From positions 24,262-88,261 of the forward strand of contig JAFTQV010000061.1 in NCBI GenBank assembly GCA_017462605.1: DNA of 64,000 bases. The letters are read 5' to 3'. This document shows positions 17,799-25,496 of the stretch, piece by piece (position 1 is the first letter of the stretch; each line of letters starts with the position of its first letter). Made by a program: the position numbers and the translations under genes. The notes under the pieces were generated by a model. It was given only the letters and a program-made list of their open reading frames with translations. It was not told where the DNA came from and did no database searches. Origin of the DNA: Clostridia bacterium. Its GTDB lineage: Bacteria > Bacillota > Clostridia > Oscillospirales > CAG-272.

Positions 17799-18704
17799 TT
17801 ACTTAATGAGATGCTTATTTATATCTTCAGGATCGGGCAGGTTATCTATCGCGCCGCGTCCTGTGGTATTCAAGGCTCCGGCTACGTTGCCGAATCTCAA
17901 GGCTCGGTTTAAGATATCTTCGCTGAGCGGAAAAGCCGCGTTTTTATCTATAACCGAAAGCGCGCCCGCAAAGAAGGCGTCTCCCGCTCCCGTGGTATCA
18001 ACAGGCTTCACCTCGATAGTGGGAACTCTCTCGCATCTGCCCTTATATTTCCACTCGCTTCCGCTCTTGCCGAGAGTGATAAGAACGAGCTTATCTTCAA
18101 GAGTCTTTACGTAATCCTCGGTAAAGATCTCGACCTCATCCTCGGAAAATTTAACTATATCAGCGCGATCCAATATCATTTTATAGGTCTTTATCGCGCT
18201 TTCCTTATCTCTGAAGATATCGGTGCGGTAATTGACGTCAAAGGCGACCGTTTTGCCGAATGCGTGCGCTCTTTCAATAATATCAAGCGCGTAATCGACG
18301 CAGCGCTCGTCTGCCAGCATAAGCGAGCCAATGCAAACGATATCCGCAGCCTTGATCAGCTCATCGCCGACGGCAGGCATACGGTAATCCGCCGTGTTTT
18401 TACGGTAGAAGCAGAAGGATCTCTCTCCATCCTCGTTCAGCTCCACGAAAGCGAGCGTGGTATTGCGGTCGGGATCCATATGGATATACTCGGTATCCAT
18501 ACCGAAGTCCTTCGCGTATCTGATCAGAAACTTACCGATCAGGTCATCGCCCACGCTGCCGACGAATTTAACGTCGCATCCAAACTTTTTCAGCGCCGAG
18601 GCAACGTTGAACGGAGCGCCTCCCGCTTTTCTTTCATATGTAATAATTCCGTTTTTCTCCTCGCCGATCATATCGGCAAGAATTTCACCAATGCAAAGTA
18701 ACAT
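17799..18704 (-). CDS. PfkB-family sugar kinase, probable fructokinase
   Basis: PfkB motifs GGAPFNVA and DTTGAGDAFFAGAL. RBS GGAGAGG. The ATG abuts the stop of the upstream gene. It sits within the GH32 locus. Confidence 0.85.
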   Translation of the reverse strand: MLLCIGEILADMIGEEKNGIITYERKAGGAPFNVASALKKFGCDVKFVGSVGDDLIGKFLIRYAKDFGMDTEYIHMDPDRNTTLAFVELNEDGERSFCFYRKNTADYRMPAVGDELIKAADIVCIGSLMLADERCVDYALDIIERAHAFGKTVAFDVNYRTDIFRDKESAIKTYKMILDRADIVKFSEDEVEIFTEDYVKTLEDKLVLITLGKSGSEWKYKGRCERVPTIEVKPVDTTGAGDAFFAGALSVIDKNAAFPLSEDILNRALRFGNVAGALNTTGRGAIDNLPDPEDINKHLIK

Positions 18705-20030
18705 TTACACCTCTCCTATTGCGGTTTTATCTTCTTGCGACTTCCTTAAAAACGATCTTCCTTCCATTATAGCGAATATAAGCGACCTTACAGTCAGCGC
18801 GAGGAAGAAGAGGACGGGCGGTAATGCGTTGATAGCGCTGCGGCTGACGAAGAACGATGCAGCAAGCGTCAGCACCGCGGATAACGCGCCCGAAAACCAT
18901 ACGAACGAGCCGACAGCTTTGAATAAAGCGCCTAAGGAATTTATGCTTTCAACGCCTCGCAGCTTCAATACCGAATAGGTAAGCAGCGCAGCGACCATGA
19001 GCATAAGAGCCAAGAACGGGGCGAGCGAAAAAATATTTACCGCGTGTACGTATAGATTTAAGGAAGCCATAGCGTTAAAGGACTTCGTTACAAATCTGTC
19101 TACCGATGCTTTCGCTTCATCGAATGATGCGCCGTCTCCGATCATGGCGCCGTCCTCAAGATCGCTGAAAAATCCGTGGAATAGGACGTCCGTTCCGAAT
19201 TTCGTTTTGAAAGAGCCCGTCATATAATCGTCAAAGACGAACAAGTAGTTTTTACTGCCGCCGCCAACGTATTTATGATAATAGTAGTTCCTTAAAAGCG
19301 GCACTGCCGATGAGCTTTCGTATGCGGTTATATCGGGGTAATAGCTTGCAAAGTAAAGCTCGTATATTTTTCTTTGGTATTCGGCTTTCGTTATTTTATT
19401 TTCGCCAAGCTCGCTTTTCAGCGCCTCGGCTTTATCACGGCTTTCATCATTCTTATCGGAAAGATACAGAAGATATTCCCCGATAGCATCATCCGTCAGG
19501 ATAAGCTCCTTACCCGTGTATCTTATTTTGAAATCAAAATTAAGCCTTGCGACTTCGCTTAAGGTGAGATATTCGCCGTATGAGATCTCGGTGCTTTTAC
19601 CGTCGTTGGAAAGGCAATACGCCTCGATCTCGGCAAGCGTATCGGCAGGGCGGATGTCAACGACAACGTTATATCCGCCGCGCGAATATATCTCTTTATC
19701 GGCTTCGTTTTCGAAGGTGTTGACAAGCGCGCCGCCCTGATATTCCTCATCGCCCCTTTTTACCGAGAGCGAGCCGTCCTTTATTTCGGCTTCTATGCGC
19801 TTACCTTCGTCCTCGTTTGCAAACAATGTATGCACGGTCTGCAAAAAGCCCTCTGAATTTTTATAATGCGCCATAAAGGGCAGCATCTCCGAGCCAAACA
19901 ATCCGAAAAATAGGAATGTAAGCGCCAGGATAAATCCCAAAAAGGTATTTGTGTAGCCTCGCCTCATACCGTCCTTTGCAGCCTTGTGCGAAAAGAAGCT
20001 GAGGAAGAAAAAATTACACCATCTATTCAT
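18705..20030 (-). CDS. Multi-pass membrane protein of unknown function, translationally coupled between the ABC ATPase and the kinase
   Basis: Hydrophobic helices at both ends (FLGFILALTFLFFGLFG; several in the last 130 aa) flank a ~250-aa soluble middle. It is possibly DUF1189/MalA-like, but I cannot verify that by eye. Confidence 0.5.
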   Translation of the reverse strand: MNRWCNFFFLSFFSHKAAKDGMRRGYTNTFLGFILALTFLFFGLFGSEMLPFMAHYKNSEGFLQTVHTLFANEDEGKRIEAEIKDGSLSVKRGDEEYQGGALVNTFENEADKEIYSRGGYNVVVDIRPADTLAEIEAYCLSNDGKSTEISYGEYLTLSEVARLNFDFKIRYTGKELILTDDAIGEYLLYLSDKNDESRDKAEALKSELGENKITKAEYQRKIYELYFASYYPDITAYESSSAVPLLRNYYYHKYVGGGSKNYLFVFDDYMTGSFKTKFGTDVLFHGFFSDLEDGAMIGDGASFDEAKASVDRFVTKSFNAMASLNLYVHAVNIFSLAPFLALMLMVAALLTYSVLKLRGVESINSLGALFKAVGSFVWFSGALSAVLTLAASFFVSRSAINALPPVLFFLALTVRSLIFAIMEGRSFLRKSQEDKTAIGEV

Positions 20031-20033
20031 AAC

Positions 20034-21473
20034 TTACTTGTTTCCGTGTTTTTTGTCGTTTCCGTACTCTCTTGACATGATCGAAAGCTCAGTCTCCTTA
20101 TCGAAAAGGTGAATAAATCTTTCGTCAAGTCTGATGCCGACGCGGTCGCCGGGTAAGATAGCGTTTCTTTCAGGCACGCTTACGATGAAGTCGCTCTCCT
20201 GACCGTCGAGCTTTAAGAAGAGCTGAGTTGTGTTGCCGAGAACTTCCTTTATAGTAAGGGTAGCCTTCACGCCCGCTTCGTCAAGCTTCACGTTTTCTCC
20301 TCTTATTCCAAGGTAGACCTTATGCGCATTTCCGTCAAGGTATTTATCCTCAATAGTGCGCAATGCAGAGAGCTCGAGATCAACGGTCTGACCGTCCTCG
20401 AAAACAACGCCGAGCTTATCGCCCTCGCGCTTGATATCGACCTCAAAGAAATTCATCTGCGGAGTTCCTATAAAGCCTGCGACGAATTTATTTTCGGGGT
20501 AGTCGAAGAGGTTGGTAGGCGTATCTATCTGCTGAATTACACCGAGCTTCATAACTACTATTCTGGTACCCATGGTCATAGCCTCTATCTGATCGTGAGT
20601 AACGTAGATAAAGGTGGTCTTAAGCTGATTGTGCAGCTTGACTATCTCGGCTCTCATCGCCGTCCTGAGCTTTGCGTCAAGGTTGGAGAGAGGCTCGTCA
20701 AGCAAAAAGACCTTGGGTCCGCGCACCATCGCGCGTCCGAGAGCTATACGCTGGCGCTGACCGCCGGACATTTCCGCGGGCTTCGAATCAAGCAGCTCCT
20801 CAATTCCGAGGACGCCTGCCGCCCACTGCACCTTCTCGTCGATCTCTTCCTTACTCATATGAACGTACTTATACTGAGGCACGGGAGTATTCTGATAGTA
20901 TTCAAGCTCCGCCTTGGCATCCTCGATACGCTTCTCGAGAAGAGCCTTCTCTTCTTTAGCAAAATCCGATCCGTCATTTTCGGCATCCTCCGCTTTGGAC
21001 ACAATATCCTTCGAGAGACGGTTCAGCTTCTTCTTGATCTCGGAGATCTTCTTCTCATCTATCGCGATTATCTGATTGCCTTCCTTATCAAGCTTTGGCG
21101 CGGGGATTTTGCGCATTTTGAGACCGAATGCTATATTGTCATACGCCGTTAGGTGCGGATAAAGCGCGTAGCTCTGGAAGACCATCGCTATATCGCGGTC
21201 CTTGGCATCAACGTCATTGACGAGCTGATCGTCTATGTAAAGCTCTCCGCCGCTTATCTCCTCGAGACCTGCGATCATTCTGAGCGTTGTAGACTTACCG
21301 CAGCCCGAGGGACCGACGAACACGATAAACTCGCCGTCGTTGATCTCCATATTGAAATCCTTGACCGCGACGAAATCACCGCTTCTCTTCTTAGCTTCGC
21401 CCTTAGCATTCTTCTTTGCCTTCTCGGTGCCCTTGTAGATCTTGTACACGTGCCTTAATAATAACTTAGCCAT
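20034..21473 (-). CDS. MsmX/MalK-type ABC sugar-import ATPase with an ~80-aa charged insertion
   Basis: Walker A GPSGCGKST, Q-loop MVFQSYALYPH, signature MSGGQRQR, Walker B VFLLDEPLSNLD, and a C-terminal regulatory (TOBE-like) domain. Extra segments are aa 14-33 and aa ~124-205 (bases 20859..21104). Confidence 0.9.
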   Translation of the reverse strand: MAKLLLRHVYKIYKGTEKAKKNAKGEAKKRSGDFVAVKDFNMEINDGEFIVFVGPSGCGKSTTLRMIAGLEEISGGELYIDDQLVNDVDAKDRDIAMVFQSYALYPHLTAYDNIAFGLKMRKIPAPKLDKEGNQIIAIDEKKISEIKKKLNRLSKDIVSKAEDAENDGSDFAKEEKALLEKRIEDAKAELEYYQNTPVPQYKYVHMSKEEIDEKVQWAAGVLGIEELLDSKPAEMSGGQRQRIALGRAMVRGPKVFLLDEPLSNLDAKLRTAMRAEIVKLHNQLKTTFIYVTHDQIEAMTMGTRIVVMKLGVIQQIDTPTNLFDYPENKFVAGFIGTPQMNFFEVDIKREGDKLGVVFEDGQTVDLELSALRTIEDKYLDGNAHKVYLGIRGENVKLDEAGVKATLTIKEVLGNTTQLFLKLDGQESDFIVSVPERNAILPGDRVGIRLDERFIHLFDKETELSIMSREYGNDKKHGNK

Positions 21474-21596
21474 TATAGCATCCCCTTTTCATTTCTGAGC
21501 TTTGTTACTCAAGCCGAAGAGCGCCGATCGGGTCTCTTTCACGCGACTTCTCTTCAGCTACAATAAGTTGATAAAAAAATAACGATAAAATCATAT

Positions 21597-21612
21597 TTGG
21601 AAATGTTTCCAA
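21597..21612. promoter_or_regulatory. Operator-like palindrome TTGGAAATGTTTCCAA (LacI/CcpA-type)
   Basis: Perfect 7-bp arms around a 2-bp centre. It lies immediately downstream of the -10 box of the minus-strand promoter, overlapping the expected transcription start. Confidence 0.6.
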
Positions 21613-21616
21613 AGTT

Positions 21617-21645
21617 ATTATACACCACCCCTTCCAAAATTGCAA
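21617..21645 (-). promoter_or_regulatory. Sigma-A-type promoter of the ATPase/kinase/GH32 operon
   Basis: On the minus strand: TTGCAA (21640-21645), a 17-nt spacer, then TATAAT (21617-21622). Confidence 0.6.
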
Positions 21646-21652
21646 GTATTTT

Positions 21653-21668
21653 TTGGAAAAGTTTCCAA
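21653..21668. promoter_or_regulatory. Second operator-like palindrome TTGGAAAAGTTTCCAA
   Basis: Same arms as the site at 21597-21612, 56 bp centre to centre, just upstream of the -35 box. Confidence 0.6.
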
Positions 21669-21747
21669 TTTGTAGAAACAGTACAAATACACCGCTGAGT
21701 TTTTGTTAAAAATCTCTAAACCGCAGATCGATTTTCTTCCTTTATAT

Positions 21748-21790
21748 AATAAAAAGCCCCTGCGCTTCGCTTTCATGCGATACACAGGGG
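21748..21790 (-). terminator. Rho-independent terminator (minus strand)
   Basis: CCCCTG...CAGGGG stem (21757-21790). On the minus strand it is followed by CTTTTTATTATAT. Confidence 0.5.
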
Positions 21791-21817
21791 TTATAACAGT
21801 TATTTAGTTAATAACAT

Positions 21818-21975
21818 CGCGCCGAGATCCTTCGTGGCGGTGTTTTTTCGTTGTCATTCTCGAGCGATCCGCGCCGAGATCCTTCACTTCGCCGAGATCC
21901 CTCGCTGTCATCCTTGAGCGAAGCGAAGGATCCCGAGGGAAATCGGCATCGTTCGAGGATGACGGCACGAGAGTA
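21818..21975. repeat. Intergenic REP-like element: three CGCCGAGATCC(T/C)TC direct repeats interleaved with GTCAT(T/C)CT..GAGCG inverted segments
   Basis: The direct-repeat copies start at about 21818, 21870 and 21890. GTCATCCTTGAGCG (21907-) is complementary to CGTTCGAGGATGAC (21950-). No ORF is supported here. Confidence 0.55.
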
Positions 21976-22206
21976 TCTCTTAACCTTTTTGTTAACTTAA
22001 TGACATCGGGATGTATTGATCTTAGTATTTTTTCATTGTTTTATCCTCTTTTCATTATATACGCCAAGGTTTGCATATGACCAATAATCGGGCATTATCA
22101 TAACTTATTTTTACATTTCGAGCAATTTTCCTTAAGCCGATCCTTGTCTATCCGAATATCAGGAAGAGCTGAATGTTTGATATATCCACCGAGGATCATC
22201 TGCATA

Positions 22207-23049
22207 TCATAGCAAAGCCCGAGATCGATTATAGCTGCACCGAATACTCTCATCTGACTGCTTTTTTCTATACTCATACAGCTTATAAAGCTTTTTCGAG
22301 ATGCCGCCTGCATAGAGCCTCTTAAAGATAAATTTCTCCGAGCCCGAGAGCTGATCGACGTAATGCTTCGGCGTCATTTCCAGATCGCCCACGTATCTGA
22401 TACCGCCGGTCTCGAGCGCAAACGGATCGTCAAATCCAAAAACAGAAGAAACACCAACGTCGTTTACGGGATTTTTAAATTTAGACATTTTTGCGGCAAA
22501 CACCGAATAGCAATCCATAAGAAGCTCGACCTCTGCGAAGCGACTGCATATAGCGGCTATGGCGGACTTCAACTCGGACTCCGAAAGATACATGCTGACG
22601 CCTTCCATAACGACGATAGCCCTCTTTCCCCGAATATCCTCTCCGAGCCTATCCAAGCATCGCGCATCACCCGAGATCATTTTGTATCTCTCGGTTTCGG
22701 TAAAGTAACGCCGCCTTTCGGCTATAACGCCCGGCATATCCACGTCATACCAAACGGAATAACCCGCCAAGTCTCCTATACGAACCGCGCGGCTATCCAT
22801 ACCGCAGCCGATATGTATCACAGCAGCGCCCTCTTTTTGCGAAAGCTTGCTGCGAAGCCAACCGTCAAACACCGCCGACCGTATCCCCATATAAAAAGCG
22901 AGCCATTTTGACCTCGATTTTCGCTTAAGAGCAAACTGCTCCGCTTCCCATATCTCCTCAGCCTTTTCATCCTTAATAAAAAGCGATCTTTTGCTGACGT
23001 ACGCCTTGCCGTACAACGGTATATAAAGTGTCCTGTTTACGTTATTCAT
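22207..23049 (-). CDS. Class I SAM-dependent methyltransferase (leucine carboxyl / TcmP-like O-methyltransferase family)
   Basis: SAM-binding block AAVIHIGCGMDSRAVR and acidic-loop block WYDVDMPGVI. The size and layout fit the COG3315-type enzymes. Confidence 0.6.
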   Translation of the reverse strand: MNNVNRTLYIPLYGKAYVSKRSLFIKDEKAEEIWEAEQFALKRKSRSKWLAFYMGIRSAVFDGWLRSKLSQKEGAAVIHIGCGMDSRAVRIGDLAGYSVWYDVDMPGVIAERRRYFTETERYKMISGDARCLDRLGEDIRGKRAIVVMEGVSMYLSESELKSAIAAICSRFAEVELLMDCYSVFAAKMSKFKNPVNDVGVSSVFGFDDPFALETGGIRYVGDLEMTPKHYVDQLSGSEKFIFKRLYAGGISKKLYKLYEYRKKQSDESIRCSYNRSRALL

Positions 23050-23248
23050 CTATCAATCCTTTGAATATTTCGTAATTAAATCGATTAATCGCTATATATA
23101 ATAAATTATAGCACAGCTAAATTAAAATAACAATAAGCAAAGCGTGAAAATTTTCTTTCTCGGGGCACACCGCCTAAGGTCCGAAAATTTCCACGCCGTT
23201 TTTCTATAAGATAAACCTATCAAAAGCTGAGCTTTACTCAAATAATCA

Positions 23249-24457
23249 TCAAACCGATGCCTTGAAGTTGTATATCGGCTTTATGCGGCAGATGATATCC
23301 GCCGTGGGCTTGATGTTTTCAACGATCTCGTCCATATTCTTGTACGCCATAGGCGACTCGTCGAGCGTATCGGGAAGCACGCAGGTTGAGTATATGCCTG
23401 CCATTTCGCGCTCGTACTCTTCCATGGTAAGGCGCTCGAACGCCGCCGAGCGCGACATAAGACGGCCTGCGCCGTGGGGCGCGGAGCAGTTCCAGTCCTC
23501 GTTACCAAGGCCTCGGCAGATGAGCGAGCCGTCACGCATATTTATCGGTATAAGCAGCTTTTCGCCGAGCTTTGCCGAGACCGCTCCCTTTCTGAGTATC
23601 ATCTCGTTTATATCAATGTAGTTATGGATGGTGCTGAAGGAGTCGAGGGCTGACCAGCCGCACTTCTCCAAGATGATCCCTGCCATCTTCTCGCGGCTTC
23701 TTTCCGCAAACCTCTGGCATATATCCACGTCATGGAGATAGTCATCCATAAAAGAGCCAAAGAGGCAGCAGAGGTCACGGGGTACGGAAGGCTCCTTCGC
23801 TTCCCAAGCCTTAGCCATTGCCTTGAGGGTCGCCTGGATCTCGGAGCGCCTGCCCTCCGCCTTATAGGTGGCGATTATCTCATCTCTTTTCTTAAAATAC
23901 TCTTCCTTGCCCATATCAAGATCGACCGCAAGCTGCTGATAGAATTCAGCGACCTGAGTGCCGAGATTACGGCTTCCCGAGTGTATAACGAGATACTTGC
24001 CGCCATCCTCGTCCACGTCAAGCTCTATAAAGTGGTTGCCGCCGCCGAGAGTACCGAGGCTGCGCTGAAGTCTTTTCGTGTCCTTAAGGTTGCGGTAGCA
24101 GCGAAGCTCGGAAAGATCGAACCTCTCGTCTCTTCCTTCCCAGACGCGTCTGCCCGAGGGGATGTAGTGCGCCGCCTCGTCAAGCTTCTCAAAATCAACG
24201 TCGACCTTGCCGAGATAGACGGTATACATACCGCAGCCGATATCCACGCCCACCATAGCGGGCACTATTTTGTCAGTAATAGTCATAGTCGTTCCGATCG
24301 TGCAGCCCTTGCCCGAATGCACGTCGGGCATTATTCTGATCTTCGAGGCTGCGAAGGTCTCCGAGTCGCACACGCCCTTTATCTGATCAAGCGCTCCTTC
24401 GTCAATAGTTGTAGCGAAGCACTTGGCTTTATTGTAAGCTCCTATTATCTCTACCAT
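23249..24457 (-). CDS. rtcB: RtcB-family RNA 3'-phosphate ligase (short ~400-aa form)
   Basis: Recognisable RtcB blocks: PDVHSGKGCTIG, GGGNHFIELD, IHSGSRNLG, HNYI and SAPHGAGR. Confidence 0.9.
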   Translation of the reverse strand: MVEIIGAYNKAKCFATTIDEGALDQIKGVCDSETFAASKIRIMPDVHSGKGCTIGTTMTITDKIVPAMVGVDIGCGMYTVYLGKVDVDFEKLDEAAHYIPSGRRVWEGRDERFDLSELRCYRNLKDTKRLQRSLGTLGGGNHFIELDVDEDGGKYLVIHSGSRNLGTQVAEFYQQLAVDLDMGKEEYFKKRDEIIATYKAEGRRSEIQATLKAMAKAWEAKEPSVPRDLCCLFGSFMDDYLHDVDICQRFAERSREKMAGIILEKCGWSALDSFSTIHNYIDINEMILRKGAVSAKLGEKLLIPINMRDGSLICRGLGNEDWNCSAPHGAGRLMSRSAAFERLTMEEYEREMAGIYSTCVLPDTLDESPMAYKNMDEIVENIKPTADIICRIKPIYNFKASV

Positions 24458-24584
24458 GGTAAACTCCTTTCCGACTTATGTATTTTCTTTTCCATGATAA
24501 TACAAATTCTTTCTGTTTGTTCCTTTGTGAGTAAATTTTACCACAAATTTTCGCTTCTTTCACGGAAAAAAAGCTGCGAACTCA

Positions 24585-25496
24585 TTATTTGAGCCCGCAG
24601 TTTTGCTGTTTTTTCAGTTTTTCTCTGATAAGATCTATAAAGCTATCGGGAGAGACCACACGGACGAGCGACCCGAAGGATAGTATCCTTATGACCATTT
24701 CTGTGGCATCCTCTTCATTATATTTTATATGAAGACGGTATTTTCTTTTGCCAAGGCTCTCCGCCTTCTTCTCGAAATGCGCGAAATGAAGCATCACGCG
24801 CTCGAGCGCATTTCTCTCGTCTGTTATCTCGAGAGTCAGCGAAACGGGCGGCGGCATGGTCTTTATCCCCGGCACAAAGCTCTCCCCGAAATAGGGCTTA
24901 CACTTCGTTATCTTCGCGAGGTTCATTGTGTAAGCATAGCGTTTACCGCTCGTGTGCATTCTGAATTTATCATCCTTCTCGGAATACTCAAGCCTTGTCG
25001 GTATGCACCGTCTGAATACGGTCTCGCCGCTGCGGCCCGTCATCTCTATCTTCAATGCCTGACCTGTTCTTATCGCGTGGAGTATCGTCCGAAATCTCTT
25101 TATATACTCCTCGTCATCGTAAGGATCGCCGTCCGAATACTTATCGTAAATGCGGTAATCCTCGCTCGTGAAGAGCGGTTCGATATCCTCAAGACCTTCA
25201 AGGTCGATGCCGAAAAGCTTTATTCTTTTATCAAGCGATATCGCCTTAAGCCACCTTTTTTCTATCAGTGTCATGGGCATAGTGGGGCGATGCTCTATCG
25301 GAGTTGAGCCATCGGGAAGCATAAGCTGCCATCTGCCTTCCTTCAATGCGGGGAGTATAGTCAGCGCGCTTTCCCCAAAGGCGTATTTTTCTACTATATC
25401 CTTAAGCTCCCTCTCCGAAGCCTTGCCCGATGTTAGAGCGCCGAGAATACTCGCTACGGTATTGTAATAAGCAGAATATATTTCGTTGAATATCAC
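24585..25496 (-). CDS. WYL-like domain protein (putative ligand-sensing regulator subunit)
   Basis: The GTG start overlaps the upstream TGA (GTGA). The central block RCIPTRLEYSEKDDKFRMHTSGKRYAYTMNLAKITKCK resembles a WYL beta-sandwich. It is paired with the gene upstream. Confidence 0.5.
   Translation of the reverse strand: MIFNEIYSAYYNTVASILGALTSGKASERELKDIVEKYAFGESALTILPALKEGRWQLMLPDGSTPIEHRPTMPMTLIEKRWLKAISLDKRIKLFGIDLEGLEDIEPLFTSEDYRIYDKYSDGDPYDDEEYIKRFRTILHAIRTGQALKIEMTGRSGETVFRRCIPTRLEYSEKDDKFRMHTSGKRYAYTMNLAKITKCKPYFGESFVPGIKTMPPPVSLTLEITDERNALERVMLHFAHFEKKAESLGKRKYRLHIKYNEEDATEMVIRILSFGSLVRVVSPDSFIDLIREKLKKQQNCGLK

Noticed and set aside
21818-21975. Possible CRISPR array, because of the repeated CGCCGAGATCC units
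   Set aside because: The repeats are only ~15 nt, irregularly spaced and only three in number. They are interleaved with inverted segments, and no cas genes are in the window.
22098-22313. 71-aa minus-strand ORF overlapping the 3' end of the methyltransferase gene
   Set aside because: It overlaps the better-supported 280-aa gene out of frame, has no RBS and has no recognisable features.
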